DNA from: an uncultured virus (IMG/VR IMGVR_UViG_3300011334_000440)
Taxonomy: Duplodnaviria > Heunggongvirae > Uroviricota > Caudoviricetes
Strand: one strand, 5' to 3'
Virus record (IMG/VR): IMGVR_UViG_3300011334_000440
Length of the DNA stretch: 64,000 nt
The notes beneath the pieces were generated by a model. That model saw nothing but the letters and a program-made list of their open reading frames with translations. It did no database searches and had not been told where the DNA came from. The translations under genes and the position numbers were made by a program. Below, piece after piece: positions 43,809 through 54,964 of the stretch. The stretch's first letter is position 1; each line of letters opens with the position of its first letter.

Positions 43809-46800
43809 TTACTGTCTTTCTGGATACAAGATACCTTCTTGATTTTTCTCAGAAAGAACTTGATATAGAATTGCTTTTTTAATTGGATTTACGATTGACC
43901 GTGTCACCTCTCTAAACTGACCCGGGCTCATTGCTTCCAGTTGAGGGATGAATTGCGCTAGTTGTTCTTGAATAATCGGGCCAGACCTCATCATCCACTC
44001 ATACTTCTCATCTGTCGATAGCTCTCGTTTGAGATTGTAGAAATCATCGGCTGTCAACTGCTCGCCCTTGGCTTGAGCATCCTGAATCATCTCAAGCATG
44101 GCGAAGTCTTTGAGAGGGCCAGCATCCCAATCCAATGAGGAACGCTTGGACGCAAACATGGAAATGAGCTTATCGTGAATTGCCTGCGGGGTTCTATCCC
44201 CATCGTCATAAGCTTTAGAGTCAACGCCCGTAGTTGTTAGTCGGCGCCAGAAAGGAATGGTGTTCGTTAACTGTGTTTTGGTATTGCCACCGAGGAAATT
44301 AAGATCTGGTCTACCAACCTTTGAAGCAAAAGGAACAGACTGAGCAAACGTAGATAGAAGATTTTGTTGATACGGACGAGCGGAGGGTGAACCATATATC
44401 CCATTGAATACCTGCTCAAAATCTCGAAGAGTTGCGTAGCCCGGGATCAAACCTCCAGCGACGTTGCCCAAGGTTTTACTTAAATTGGTCATGATGCCCA
44501 TTGCATCTCGTTGTCCAACCCCTGGAGAAGTAAGCGACATTATCTGACGGATTCCAGAAAGAGCCGCCATGTCTAGAACACCATACATAGCGAGGAGCGC
44601 TCCGGTGCCACCCCCCAATAGGATAGACTCTGCCACGGATCGTTTCTCATATCGGATAGATTCGGTAATAGCGCCCGCGAGAAGCAGAGGTCCGGATAAC
44701 CCAACCGGAAAAGCTTCAAAACTAAAGAATGCTGGTTTACCTTGGCTGAATCTCCCCAACTGAATGGAGCGAAGTTTTCCTCCCGCGGCGAAGAAGGCTT
44801 CGCGTTGAGCTGGATCTGCCGGTCCCTTGAAGTGAATGTTGAAATAGGGGTCATCTTCTCCTCCCATAGCTTCCTTAAGGAGGAAGAAAAGACCGGTGGT
44901 AATGGCATATCCGGCCCACATTTTTCCAAGCAGAAGATCGTGTTCGACTGTCCCCGGGACGGCTGGGGGGCGGTAGTATTTGGTGTCCTTCAGACTAGCT
45001 GCGGAGCCACGATACAATCTTACGGTGGACATCAAGGGGAGAAAATTTAAAACTTCATTGGCCAAGCTTGATCCAGTTTTTAAGAACTTGATAAACAGCC
45101 TTAGTGGCCACGCCTTGGCAGAGATACTTGTCAAGCCATCGGCAAGCAATCCGAACCATCCTTCAAAGTTATTTGTAAATGTAGACTGAGCCGCAAAAGT
45201 TTTTGCCTTCTCTGTTAAATTTTTAACGATCTCTTCATCCGGCCTACCCTGCTCCAAAATCTCTTCTACACGTAAGGATTCCTGCTCGGGTGTTAAGTTA
45301 AATTCTTTTGCCTCGGAAGCGGCCTTGGCTTCTGCACGCTTTCTGGCTTCGGGGCTTTGATTTAAAAGGCGAGCAACTTCGGTTTCAATCTCATCGTTTG
45401 TCTGGAGACCTTGCGCGATTGCAATGTTGGTGGCTTCTGCAATCTCATACATTTTGCGGGAAGAAATTTTATTGATTGCGTCACCAGCCGCCATAGCCCG
45501 ACCGAAGAAAATGAACGGGGCGAGGGCTCCGTACTTACTGCTAAGATACTTAGAGTCTAGTGGGATTCGGTATTCCTGGCCAAGCACATTTACGGGCAAC
45601 TCAGGTTGAACAGCTCCAGGTTTACCCGCTCGGTAATCTTCTCCTTGTTTTACAATCGCTTCCCAGATATTGACTCCGCCCAATTCCTGGGTCAAAGCAT
45701 CTTGAATATTTGAATAATCTCCGTTAAAAAATACATTAGCAGCCGCGTTTAGTGCTGGTTTTTCTCCCACAAAAATAGCTGAGTTAAGGGCTATTGCTGC
45801 GTCTATGTAGCCTTTAGCCGTTGCCTTGTCTCCCCGGGCTCCTTTTATCCAACCAACTGCACCCAGAAGCGCAGCATTGAGCTGATTGCTCATGACCGAT
45901 GACCAAGCATTAATTCCAATTGTCCCGACTCCAGCTAACAAGTTAGAAGTTTGGTAGTTTACCAGTAACTCTCCCCACACTTGAGGCGATACCAACTTTA
46001 CATACTGATACATATCAGAAATCTTTTTGTTTCGAATCATTCCGACCGGATAGAGGGGTAGGTCTTCAATTAACTTATTGAGCTTCTTGCGTTCTTCTTC
46101 TCTAAGCTCGGGTAACCCAAGTTGAGAATGCATCTGCGCAAACACTTCGCTATCTGTTAAAACCCCAAGGTTAGTGGCCTCAATCAATCTATCTAGAGCT
46201 GAACGCATCTTGCGCGTCTTCTTTTCTTTTTTCGCCTCAAACCCTTTCTTAATTCTCTCGAGTTCCTTCTTACGCTCGCTGGCAATAAGCTCAGTCAAAC
46301 CTTCGCGCAAAAAGTCGGTTACTTCTTTCTTCTGTGCTTCGTTGAGTGTTGTGTTCTGAGTGAGCAACGCGCCCATTTTATTTTCAAAATCCATGATATC
46401 GCCCTTGCTCGAGCGTATGAGACCACGAACATTTGTTTGGGGTCCGCCAATTGATTCAAGGGATCGAACTGCCTGCTTTAGGCTTGATACTGTAAACGGA
46501 CGGCCAAAGGCTTCGTCGATGAAGGGCTCGAGGCCAGAAAGTTCCTCTTCGCTATAAACTTCTTTTAAGGAGTCGCGCACATTGTCGATGAACTCCATGA
46601 CGTCGGGATACTTTTCAATCCTATCTCGAAGAACTTCAGCTTCAGTTGGCTTTGGCTCTGGTGTATAGGTAGGTTGAAGCCCACCCTGTTCCTTTGTCCT
46701 CTGCGCGATCAGTCTGCGAATTCGGGCGGCAAACTCTTCGAGCTGATCTTTTTTCTTTGGCTCTTGTTGGAGACGGGTTGCTTGCTTTTGCAAAGCTTCT

Positions 46801-49800
46801 GCTGATGCCTCCGCCAAAGCTTCGAGCCTTGAGCTAGCTTCGGTCGGGATTGCAACAGGAGCCTGATCTTTGGCCTTTGCCTTGGCGTCGATAACACGAC
46901 GGATCGCTTCTCCCCGGGTTGCGGGTGGCTGAATGCCTTCACGGGCGCGGGCTTCTCCGAGAGCCTGAGCCGAGAAAATTTCAAGAGCGTTAGTCAGGGC
47001 GGCGTCAAAATAAAGATCGAGTTTACGGCGAACGTTTTCTTGATTCTTGGCATCACGCAAAGCTGGTGTCAGCATAAGCAAACTTTTAATCTGATCTTCG
47101 GAAGCTGCCGTTACGCTAGGGTTCTCGGAGCGTTTAATGATCTCAAGTATCATTCGGCTCAGTGCGGTGGTTTGTTCCGGGTTAAGGCGAATGCCATCAG
47201 CATCACTTCCCTCAACTTCAGGTGCGGCGGCGAGATCCGCCCCAAGAAACTTGGATCCATCGGCTACTGCCTGCTCACTGCTAATATATTCTGCTACTGC
47301 CACCTCTAGTTCCGCAACAGTTGCTTCCTTTTTATTTAGTTCGACAATCTTCATAAGCTTTTCGATAGTCGACTTAGTCTTTTTACTCGTGATCAGTTTT
47401 TCTACGGCCCGACGACTTGAGTCAATAAGACCAGAAGAAATGTCGCTTTCTTCATTTGCAAATCCGGCTAATCTTCCCCGAATCGCAGAATCAATTTGTC
47501 TTCCAACGAACATCTTCATGGCTTCTGGATTGTTAGAGAGTTCGCCAAGCGCGTTCCATAGATCAATGGTGCGTCCGGGTTCGGTTCCATATTTCTTGCT
47601 TAATAAAAGCATTACCTCTGCCAACTGTTCCTTAGCGTATAAATCTGTCTTGGCTTTTTCTCCGAGGGCCTTGGCTAACTCAAATCCAATTGCGCCCTGC
47701 AACGGTAAAGAACTCTTGATGTTTCCACTCAAGAAAGCACTAAGAGAATTCTGTACACCGTTAGTTGCTATGTAAGATCTGGCATCAACAAATTGTTGAT
47801 CGCGAGGTATTGATTGATAATACCAAGCATCCAATAATTTATCTTTCTTTTCCCCTTCGGGTAGCACGTCAACAAACTTGGTGATGATATTCTTTATAGC
47901 TCGGCTCTCGCGAATCTCGGGGGCTGGCGCCGGAGAAATAACTTTGGCAAACTTCCCATACCCAGCATCACGAAGAGCTGCAATTAAAGGGCCTGGGCTA
48001 GTATAACGTTGGCCGTTATAGTTAACTACTTCCTGTCGTTCAAACAATCGGATAACGGCATTGGCTGTAGCCTTCGCTTCCGAAGAGGCTGTCGTTGGGA
48101 CGGCTATGTTGCCGGGAATCTTAACACGATACTGTTGGTATGTTGGTTCAGTCTCAAAGCTTTGTTCGTTACTGGTGACTTCAGCGGGTGCGGAAGTTGC
48201 AACAAAAGCTGCGACAGGCAACGACCTTCCAGCTTCTTCCATATTCTCCGCCAACTCAAGGGCTTTATTGGCAATGGCTGGAAGACTTGCCCGGCCTCCG
48301 TCCATGACGGCTTGAGTTGCAGATCGGAAAAGATCCCTCTCGTCAGCCGTAATAATCCCACGGCGTCGGCTAATATCGAGAGCATCTAGCCACTCCTCTA
48401 CGCCAACGGTCTTGAATAAATCGTCAGCAACCGTTACTCCAAGTACGCCTTCAGTTCTTCCCTCAAGATGATTCTCAATCATGCGGTAGATTCTTAGGTC
48501 ATAAGAATCAAATACGGTTGATGGACGCGGAGCAGTTGGAGAAGTGCCGGGGGCTGGAGCTGGTATAGCTAGAGTCTCTCCGGCTTGAATAAATTCGCTT
48601 GATGTTTTGCGTAGGGAAGAGATTGCTTCCTCGATGCTTTGACGCATTACCAATCGATCCTTTGCGTTCGGGGCCAATCCTAATCCACGCTTGACCACTG
48701 TAGCCATGCTGTCAAACCACACGCCAAGTCTCGCAAGAACAGATTTATTCTCCGATTTTAAAATATCCTTGAGACGCTGAGTCGCCCGAGCAATGTCGTT
48801 TGCATTAATAGAGCTAACTTGCTCTGTGATACCACCTGTTAATTTCAACTGGGATAGCTGACGAATTCCCTCCATGGCTACAAGATAAGAGTTATTCGAC
48901 AGAGCTTTGATTTGTGCTTGCACACTGGGGTTGGTAATGTCGGACCCTAAGGAAGAGTGGTAAAGTCTTCCAATCGCTAGTTTGGAGGCTTGTGACAGCG
49001 AGTCACCGATTGCGGTGAGTTCTTCTATAGGATCAAGACCAAGCTCGCGGTAATACCGGAGCGTCTCCATGTGGATTGTTTCTTCGATCAATGCCTGAGT
49101 CAAATAAGATTTATAAGCTTCAGGAGAAAGTCTATTCTTTCCTTTCTCTAGAAGTGTTGGATTCATTACAATAGTGTCAGAATCATTATCTGATCCAACA
49201 ACAACAGCCATCGAGTGGGTGAAGTTAGGATCAATTCTTACGTTGTAGTTGTGAGCTTGGCCCTTGGCATCGCGGAATGTAATTACATTGTTGTTGTAAT
49301 CTTTTCCGAGAACTGACTTTAAAATGTCATCGGTAGTTGTGATTTGTTCAGGTGTTGCCTCGACTGTGGACTTTACTGGAGCTACAGTCTCGGTAGGCTT
49401 AATTTCTTCAGCCTTCAGACCTTCAAACCCAGCACCAGTGGTGGCATCCAATAAGCGAAGCTTGGCTCGCATCCTGTCAATGTTCTGCTGATCGACCTCG
49501 GCTTTTGATTCCAAGAAGATAAGATTGGGTCGGCTTGCGCTATCAGTACGCCATACCCGATAAACAAGCTGAACGGCCTGAATCGCGCTGACGGGTGGCG
49601 ACATGATAATCATATCCCGAGGCTTGTCGCCGAACTTATCATCCAACTCAATTCCAGTCCCGCCCATCTCCTTGGTGGCGATCAGAACATCAGCTGCATT
49701 CTCATTGAAGGCGGCCAAGGCTTGTTCTTTTGTCTGGCCCGATCCTGTGTACATCTTTGCAATTCTTAGATCTGGAGCAAGACGAAGGATTGCCGCCTCT

Positions 49801-52800
49801 ACCGCAGCTGAAGTAGGGTCAACCGTTTCTCCGCGGGCATTTGTCTCAGAAACAAATCCTACATAGATAACTGGCTTTCGCCCTTGGCGAATAGATTTGA
49901 TTGCCCGTTTCGCTGCGGAATCTACTTTATATTCTTCTAGTGCGCGTTTCTGGGCAGATACTAGCTTTCGCAATGAAGCAATGTCGGTATTCTGTGTACC
50001 GCCATACATGTTCTTAATATCTTCAAGTTGCTTGGTGATCGCGGAATCAAGTGGAACATCTTGGAACTCGACATTTACTCCGTCCAATTTGAGTGAGCGG
50101 GAACGCAGGATTCCATTCTTTACCAGTCCGTCAAGATAAACCTCGAGACGATCTTGCATCTCTGTTTCGGTAACTCCAGGCGATAGCGTCCAATAAGATT
50201 TCTTTCCGCCCCGAAGATATTGTTTTTCAAAACCAAGTCTCTTGATCAAGGCATCGGGGGATTCGGTATCAAAAATACCAAGTCGGCCAAGCGAAAGAAG
50301 CTGATCGGGTGTTTCAAACGGAGTTCCAGAAGCCATCAATACCCTACCGGCTTTCTGTGAAATATCATTCATCAAGATCGACCAGGCGCGGCTCTTGCCC
50401 TCTTGAATTGCTTTGTGCAGATTCCGTCCGGAATGTTGTTCGTCAAAAATAACAACCGTCTTTGCGTCTACTAACGGAAGAATATTTTCTAAATACTGTG
50501 AGGTGTAAGTTGAGACAACTACTTTTCCGGGCACATTCTCAATCGGAAGACCGCGACCACTCTCACCTTTACCTCCACGAGCGGCAATCGGAACGCCCAT
50601 CAATCCCGCATCTTTCTCAATCGAACCGCCAATTGTGTTAAGATCCCAGTTCGGAGTTACCGCATCGGGGGCCGTCAAATAAAATACATTGAATCCTTTG
50701 TTGAGATAGTATTTAGCTGTTGCTAGTAATACTCGAGTCTTGCCAGTTCCGGGACCATTAGCCAAGTAAAAAGCTTTGTGCTTGGAGCTTTCCATCGTGG
50801 TGATGGATGCCGCCACATCTTGCTTCTGTTCGGGGGATAAAAGTCTGACTGTATCCGATCCAATCGGATCTAGAACTTTCTCGCTGTAAGGTTTGCCTAA
50901 CTGGTTGCGGGATTCGACGAAGGACTTTGGGATGGGGACGCCACGAGCGCGTTCAGCTCCAGGTCTCCCGACTCCGGTTGCCCCACCTGTAACAGCTGGT
51001 CCCACTTCTTTCCGCTCAGGGGGAACGGTTTCTTTAAGAACTCGCTTTGTGATGGCAGCACGTTCGGCTTGGATTTCAGCGAGTTTCTGGCGAGCTTCCT
51101 CACGTCGATCATCGGCTGTTTTGGCTTGGGGTTTTGGGGTTGGTTTAGTTGTTGGTTCTTCATATGTTCCCTCCTCGTTTATTTTAATTCCGCTATCGGC
51201 CAGAATCTGGTCGTTGACCTTTAGCAGATTTGATCGGAAGGTGGCGGCAATATTATTCTTTGCCTGACCCTCTTCCATTGTTTGAGAAGCCAGATAAGGC
51301 TCCGCAAGTTTGTTTAATTTGTCGATATAGTCATCGGACTGGGCCTTGGAAATGTTTCCGTCATCGAGGGAGGTTTTTAAATTGCTATCGACAGCCTCGG
51401 ATAATTCGGTGATGCTCTCGGGAGAAAGTTTAGAATCTACTGTAGATTCCAGAAATCCCTCGAAAGCTCGCAGCATATTAACGGAGCGGGAGGTTTGAGT
51501 TTGCTCAAGTAAAGCTTTGGCTGAAGCTAGTTCCACATCATCAAAGAAATCATCGGCCTGAAGTTTTCGGAACCGCTCGATTGCCGGCTGAATTTGTTTA
51601 GCCGTTAGATTTCCTTCGCGAACAATTCCTTCTGGTTCCACGACTTCTCGAACTGGAAGAGTTCCAGCTTGCTGATTCTTACGGAACTCGGCCTGTAATG
51701 CCGAAACAAACTTCTGCTGAACGGCCGGCTTTAGCGCATTGATGTTGTCAATGGTAGTCCCAATCTTAGCTGCATCCTGAGCGCTGGCTCCTTTACCGGA
51801 AGCAACGGAGTCAAATGCGAGTCTCTCCGCTTCCGTCCCTAGGGACTGCCTAAAGGGAGCTTGGAGATTCTGGGCGAGAATGGATAGGGCTTCCTGCCTC
51901 TGAGCTGGCGAGGGAACGTCAGAGGGACTGGTAATTTGGTTATCTACTTCTGTGGCACCAATCTGATCTAGAGCTTCGTTGATAGCCCCGGCTACAGCGG
52001 GATTGATTCCCTGCTCTTCGGCCAGAGTCTCGGAGTCGACGGCGTTTACCCGAAGTCCTGGAGTCTCAAGGCTGACAGCCGCGCCAATGCCCACACCAGC
52101 CCGCATCCGGGGAACTGCCCTGCGGATAAAATCGCGGAGTCGGCTATTAAAGATCGTGCTTAAGGATAGATTGTTCTTGCCCTGTCTAAGTTCGTATAAG
52201 AAGCTGTTGATCGTCGCGGCGGATACTTCATCTGCAATATTGTATTTTTGATATCCGGCGAGAGACTTACTTTGCAAATAAGATTTCTTGCGATTTACGT
52301 AAGCCAGAAGAGTTTCGGCTGGGGTCATTATGTTGCGACCATTCTCATCAATCGCGCCAAGACTTTGGAGTAGCTCGATTGTCGCGGGATTCTTTAAGTT
52401 AAATACGACGCCAAGGGCTTGGCTCGAATTCTCTCGATCGTCCGGCTCAAGCTTTTGGTATTTCTGGAAAGCCTCGCTTTCGGGATTATTGATTGGCAGG
52501 ACGATATCCGGTCTAGCCTCCAATTCGGGGGCAAGCTCACCGGTTCTAGCTTCTTTTGTGGCTTCACTCTCGAATTGCTGAACTAATTTAGATACCGACT
52601 CTTCTCCACGGACTAGACGGGCGGCCTGTCCCTCAACCTGCATGGCCTGAAGTCTTGCAAGTTGTTCCCGCATGGCGACGGCTTCATCCGCTGGAGCTTC
52701 TTTTATTTTGGTCTCAAGAACATTGATTTGATCTTGAAGTTTTTTAGCGTTGATCTCTGCTGGTTTCTCCTGCTCAATCAGCTCTTGGCCTTTAGCTAGC

Positions 52801-54929
52801 TGGCTTTCTAGAGCAACTTCATAATCGGTTGGCCCGAGATATTTTCGGGCAACTTCCTCGATGGCATCATCCGTTCCAGCTTTCTCAAGCTCAGAATTCA
52901 TCTGATCAATCTCGTCAGTCTCAAGCCCGATCTCTTCCGCTCGCATGACAAACTGATCCTTCAACTCTTGCTTAAATTCAATTGCTGGAGTTCCCTGTAA
53001 CCAATTACCGGCGTCCGTTTTTACATTGGTTACTGAATAGGTCTTTCCATCCTCAGACAGTTCACCAATGACACGACCCTGACTCTCGAGCCACTGAATC
53101 TTCGAAGCATTGGCCGGAGAATTATCCAGCTCGATGGTCGTGGCGCCTTTCTCAAATACACCAATCAACTCATTAAGTGCAGAAAGTTTTTCTTCTTCGG
53201 TTTCAGGAACTCTGGTTTCAATAGTTGGCGGTACACCAATCTGTCCCTCCGCTTTTGTAATCTCTTGCGAAAGCATGGATTCAACCGATCCTTGTTTAGC
53301 AGATTCTACTGCTTCATCTGCTACCTTTGTTGTCTCGGGAGTGGTTACCGTATCAAGAGAAGAACGAACATTGACGGCGTCAAAGAGGGCTTGGGCTTTC
53401 GGGGAAGTTAAAGACTGACGAAGCTGGGTCATTTGCTCCATCTTTTGTTGGTCATTAAGATTTGGATCAACCTTAATGTTTGATACTGTTTGCTCTAAAG
53501 ATTTTGCAAATCGATCGTCTGCTAGTTTATATATCTTGGCTCGACGAACTGCGATAGAGGCGGCTCCGGCAACTCCTGGGATCGCCATGCCGAGTCCAAT
53601 ACCTCCCGATACAGCCAAGTTCTGGAGCAGGGGCTCAACGGGATCTTGCCCACGTAGGATGGCTTCAATTTCTTCTGATGCGGTTTCTCCGAGAGTAGTT
53701 CCCACCACTCTGCCCGTGCTCCCAACTAGGGGGGCTAACGCAGGAATTTTCGTGGCCAAGGCTTTTGCGGCTACGTGGTTGGCCAGAGCGTTATCGATCG
53801 AGTTTTCTAATTTGTTTCCAGCTCCTTCAGCTAAACCCAGAACAGCACTCTCGCTGAATATGGAGGACAAGCGTTGGGGGACGGTTAGATTCCGTGGGTC
53901 GCCCTCGAAAGATTGCGATGCTCCGATGGTTGCATACGTTGCTCCCTTGGATAGAACAGTCGGAACTTTAATAGCTTGATCCGCAATCTGGCCAGCTTTA
54001 CCCAATAACTTTGTGGCGCCAGCACCAACTCCAATAAACGAACCCACAGATCCGAGGGCTGCCCCGGCAAGAGTCCCAGTCATGTAATCTTTTTGAATTG
54101 TATTGTTGATCGAGTTTGATAGGGCGGCCCGGCGAGCAACCTGATCGGGATTGTTCTCGTCAACTATGATGTCACCGAGAGAAACAAAAGGTAGGAAGGC
54201 GTCGCCGGATTGAATCGCAAAGTTTCGCAGGCTGGCTGATCCCAATTTTTTAGAACGATCGCTTTCGAGATCCCGAAGATAGTTTTCGGCCATTGCCAAA
54301 TTCATTCCAAGCTTGGCTGTTAGAGGTCCTGTGCCGAAAGCCATCCCCGGTTTTTCGTCCTTAGGGGCAATTGATTTTCCGCTAGTTAGTTCGTCTTCGT
54401 AAAAATTTCCAAGCTCCAAAGCTTTGGCTGCCTGTGCTGGATCGGTGATTGTTCCTACATAGTTACGGGCAGCAAAACTTTTTTGCGTTGCTTCAGCCTC
54501 CTCATTTGTAATCCCAAGGCCACCTTGCAAGTAAGCTCCAATAGTTTTACCAACACCAAGAAGGGCAAGTTTGGTTAGTTCACCCCAGTCACCTTTTTTC
54601 TCTGCATCTAAAATCTTTTGGTTGGACTCAATCGAATAGTTACGGACATTGTTTTGAACGTCTTCCCAAGCCTGAGTGTTAAACGGAAGTTTCTTTTCCT
54701 TAAATCGCGTAGCCAGTCCACCTATGAGATCGGTCGACTGCGGGTCATCCCTAAGGGCAATTAGATTTTGAGCTTGAGCCAAGTTAGTGGGCGGGGCTGA
54801 AAACAGAGAGTTAATCTCTTGCTCGGGGGTAACTCCGGAAGGAGCAAACAAGGCGTCAATAGCTTGTTGCTCACCCTGGGGGAGACTAGCTATATCAAGC
54901 TCTGTCTCGGGGTTAAATGGATCCGCCAT
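43809..54929 (-). CDS. Giant internal virion/ejection protein (3706 aa), polyvalent type, with SF2 helicase module
   Basis: Follows tail and internal virion genes; internal GPGTGKT, IFDEQH, SGTP, GGTGIEL, QLVYRVWR; EETIH zincin-like motif; long helical C-terminus. Confidence 0.8.
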   Translation of the reverse strand: MADPFNPETELDIASLPQGEQQAIDALFAPSGVTPEQEINSLFSAPPTNLAQAQNLIALRDDPQSTDLIGGLATRFKEKKLPFNTQAWEDVQNNVRNYSIESNQKILDAEKKGDWGELTKLALLGVGKTIGAYLQGGLGITNEEAEATQKSFAARNYVGTITDPAQAAKALELGNFYEDELTSGKSIAPKDEKPGMAFGTGPLTAKLGMNLAMAENYLRDLESDRSKKLGSASLRNFAIQSGDAFLPFVSLGDIIVDENNPDQVARRAALSNSINNTIQKDYMTGTLAGAALGSVGSFIGVGAGATKLLGKAGQIADQAIKVPTVLSKGATYATIGASQSFEGDPRNLTVPQRLSSIFSESAVLGLAEGAGNKLENSIDNALANHVAAKALATKIPALAPLVGSTGRVVGTTLGETASEEIEAILRGQDPVEPLLQNLAVSGGIGLGMAIPGVAGAASIAVRRAKIYKLADDRFAKSLEQTVSNIKVDPNLNDQQKMEQMTQLRQSLTSPKAQALFDAVNVRSSLDTVTTPETTKVADEAVESAKQGSVESMLSQEITKAEGQIGVPPTIETRVPETEEEKLSALNELIGVFEKGATTIELDNSPANASKIQWLESQGRVIGELSEDGKTYSVTNVKTDAGNWLQGTPAIEFKQELKDQFVMRAEEIGLETDEIDQMNSELEKAGTDDAIEEVARKYLGPTDYEVALESQLAKGQELIEQEKPAEINAKKLQDQINVLETKIKEAPADEAVAMREQLARLQAMQVEGQAARLVRGEESVSKLVQQFESEATKEARTGELAPELEARPDIVLPINNPESEAFQKYQKLEPDDRENSSQALGVVFNLKNPATIELLQSLGAIDENGRNIMTPAETLLAYVNRKKSYLQSKSLAGYQKYNIADEVSAATINSFLYELRQGKNNLSLSTIFNSRLRDFIRRAVPRMRAGVGIGAAVSLETPGLRVNAVDSETLAEEQGINPAVAGAINEALDQIGATEVDNQITSPSDVPSPAQRQEALSILAQNLQAPFRQSLGTEAERLAFDSVASGKGASAQDAAKIGTTIDNINALKPAVQQKFVSALQAEFRKNQQAGTLPVREVVEPEGIVREGNLTAKQIQPAIERFRKLQADDFFDDVELASAKALLEQTQTSRSVNMLRAFEGFLESTVDSKLSPESITELSEAVDSNLKTSLDDGNISKAQSDDYIDKLNKLAEPYLASQTMEEGQAKNNIAATFRSNLLKVNDQILADSGIKINEEGTYEEPTTKPTPKPQAKTADDRREEARQKLAEIQAERAAITKRVLKETVPPERKEVGPAVTGGATGVGRPGAERARGVPIPKSFVESRNQLGKPYSEKVLDPIGSDTVRLLSPEQKQDVAASITTMESSKHKAFYLANGPGTGKTRVLLATAKYYLNKGFNVFYLTAPDAVTPNWDLNTIGGSIEKDAGLMGVPIAARGGKGESGRGLPIENVPGKVVVSTYTSQYLENILPLVDAKTVVIFDEQHSGRNLHKAIQEGKSRAWSILMNDISQKAGRVLMASGTPFETPDQLLSLGRLGIFDTESPDALIKRLGFEKQYLRGGKKSYWTLSPGVTETEMQDRLEVYLDGLVKNGILRSRSLKLDGVNVEFQDVPLDSAITKQLEDIKNMYGGTQNTDIASLRKLVSAQKRALEEYKVDSAAKRAIKSIRQGRKPVIYVGFVSETNARGETVDPTSAAVEAAILRLAPDLRIAKMYTGSGQTKEQALAAFNENAADVLIATKEMGGTGIELDDKFGDKPRDMIIMSPPVSAIQAVQLVYRVWRTDSASRPNLIFLESKAEVDQQNIDRMRAKLRLLDATTGAGFEGLKAEEIKPTETVAPVKSTVEATPEQITTTDDILKSVLGKDYNNNVITFRDAKGQAHNYNVRIDPNFTHSMAVVVGSDNDSDTIVMNPTLLEKGKNRLSPEAYKSYLTQALIEETIHMETLRYYRELGLDPIEELTAIGDSLSQASKLAIGRLYHSSLGSDITNPSVQAQIKALSNNSYLVAMEGIRQLSQLKLTGGITEQVSSINANDIARATQRLKDILKSENKSVLARLGVWFDSMATVVKRGLGLAPNAKDRLVMRQSIEEAISSLRKTSSEFIQAGETLAIPAPAPGTSPTAPRPSTVFDSYDLRIYRMIENHLEGRTEGVLGVTVADDLFKTVGVEEWLDALDISRRRGIITADERDLFRSATQAVMDGGRASLPAIANKALELAENMEEAGRSLPVAAFVATSAPAEVTSNEQSFETEPTYQQYRVKIPGNIAVPTTASSEAKATANAVIRLFERQEVVNYNGQRYTSPGPLIAALRDAGYGKFAKVISPAPAPEIRESRAIKNIITKFVDVLPEGEKKDKLLDAWYYQSIPRDQQFVDARSYIATNGVQNSLSAFLSGNIKSSLPLQGAIGFELAKALGEKAKTDLYAKEQLAEVMLLLSKKYGTEPGRTIDLWNALGELSNNPEAMKMFVGRQIDSAIRGRLAGFANEESDISSGLIDSSRRAVEKLITSKKTKSTIEKLMKIVELNKKEATVAELEVAVAEYISSEQAVADGSKFLGADLAAAPEVEGSDADGIRLNPEQTTALSRMILEIIKRSENPSVTAASEDQIKSLLMLTPALRDAKNQENVRRKLDLYFDAALTNALEIFSAQALGEARAREGIQPPATRGEAIRRVIDAKAKAKDQAPVAIPTEASSRLEALAEASAEALQKQATRLQQEPKKKDQLEEFAARIRRLIAQRTKEQGGLQPTYTPEPKPTEAEVLRDRIEKYPDVMEFIDNVRDSLKEVYSEEELSGLEPFIDEAFGRPFTVSSLKQAVRSLESIGGPQTNVRGLIRSSKGDIMDFENKMGALLTQNTTLNEAQKKEVTDFLREGLTELIASERKKELERIKKGFEAKKEKKTRKMRSALDRLIEATNLGVLTDSEVFAQMHSQLGLPELREEERKKLNKLIEDLPLYPVGMIRNKKISDMYQYVKLVSPQVWGELLVNYQTSNLLAGVGTIGINAWSSVMSNQLNAALLGAVGWIKGARGDKATAKGYIDAAIALNSAIFVGEKPALNAAANVFFNGDYSNIQDALTQELGGVNIWEAIVKQGEDYRAGKPGAVQPELPVNVLGQEYRIPLDSKYLSSKYGALAPFIFFGRAMAAGDAINKISSRKMYEIAEATNIAIAQGLQTNDEIETEVARLLNQSPEARKRAEAKAASEAKEFNLTPEQESLRVEEILEQGRPDEEIVKNLTEKAKTFAAQSTFTNNFEGWFGLLADGLTSISAKAWPLRLFIKFLKTGSSLANEVLNFLPLMSTVRLYRGSAASLKDTKYYRPPAVPGTVEHDLLLGKMWAGYAITTGLFFLLKEAMGGEDDPYFNIHFKGPADPAQREAFFAAGGKLRSIQLGRFSQGKPAFFSFEAFPVGLSGPLLLAGAITESIRYEKRSVAESILLGGGTGALLAMYGVLDMAALSGIRQIMSLTSPGVGQRDAMGIMTNLSKTLGNVAGGLIPGYATLRDFEQVFNGIYGSPSARPYQQNLLSTFAQSVPFASKVGRPDLNFLGGNTKTQLTNTIPFWRRLTTTGVDSKAYDDGDRTPQAIHDKLISMFASKRSSLDWDAGPLKDFAMLEMIQDAQAKGEQLTADDFYNLKRELSTDEKYEWMMRSGPIIQEQLAQFIPQLEAMSPGQFREVTRSIVNPIKKAILYQVLSEKNQEGILYPERQ

Positions 54930-54964
54930 GGCTGGTATAATTCAAGGGATTATTCAGCCGTTCG

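Noticed and set aside
43809..54929. Giant protein as an N4-like virion RNA polymerase or a tape measure protein
   Set aside because: No single-subunit RNAP motifs or DxDGD seen; SF2 motifs present; podovirus-type tail context
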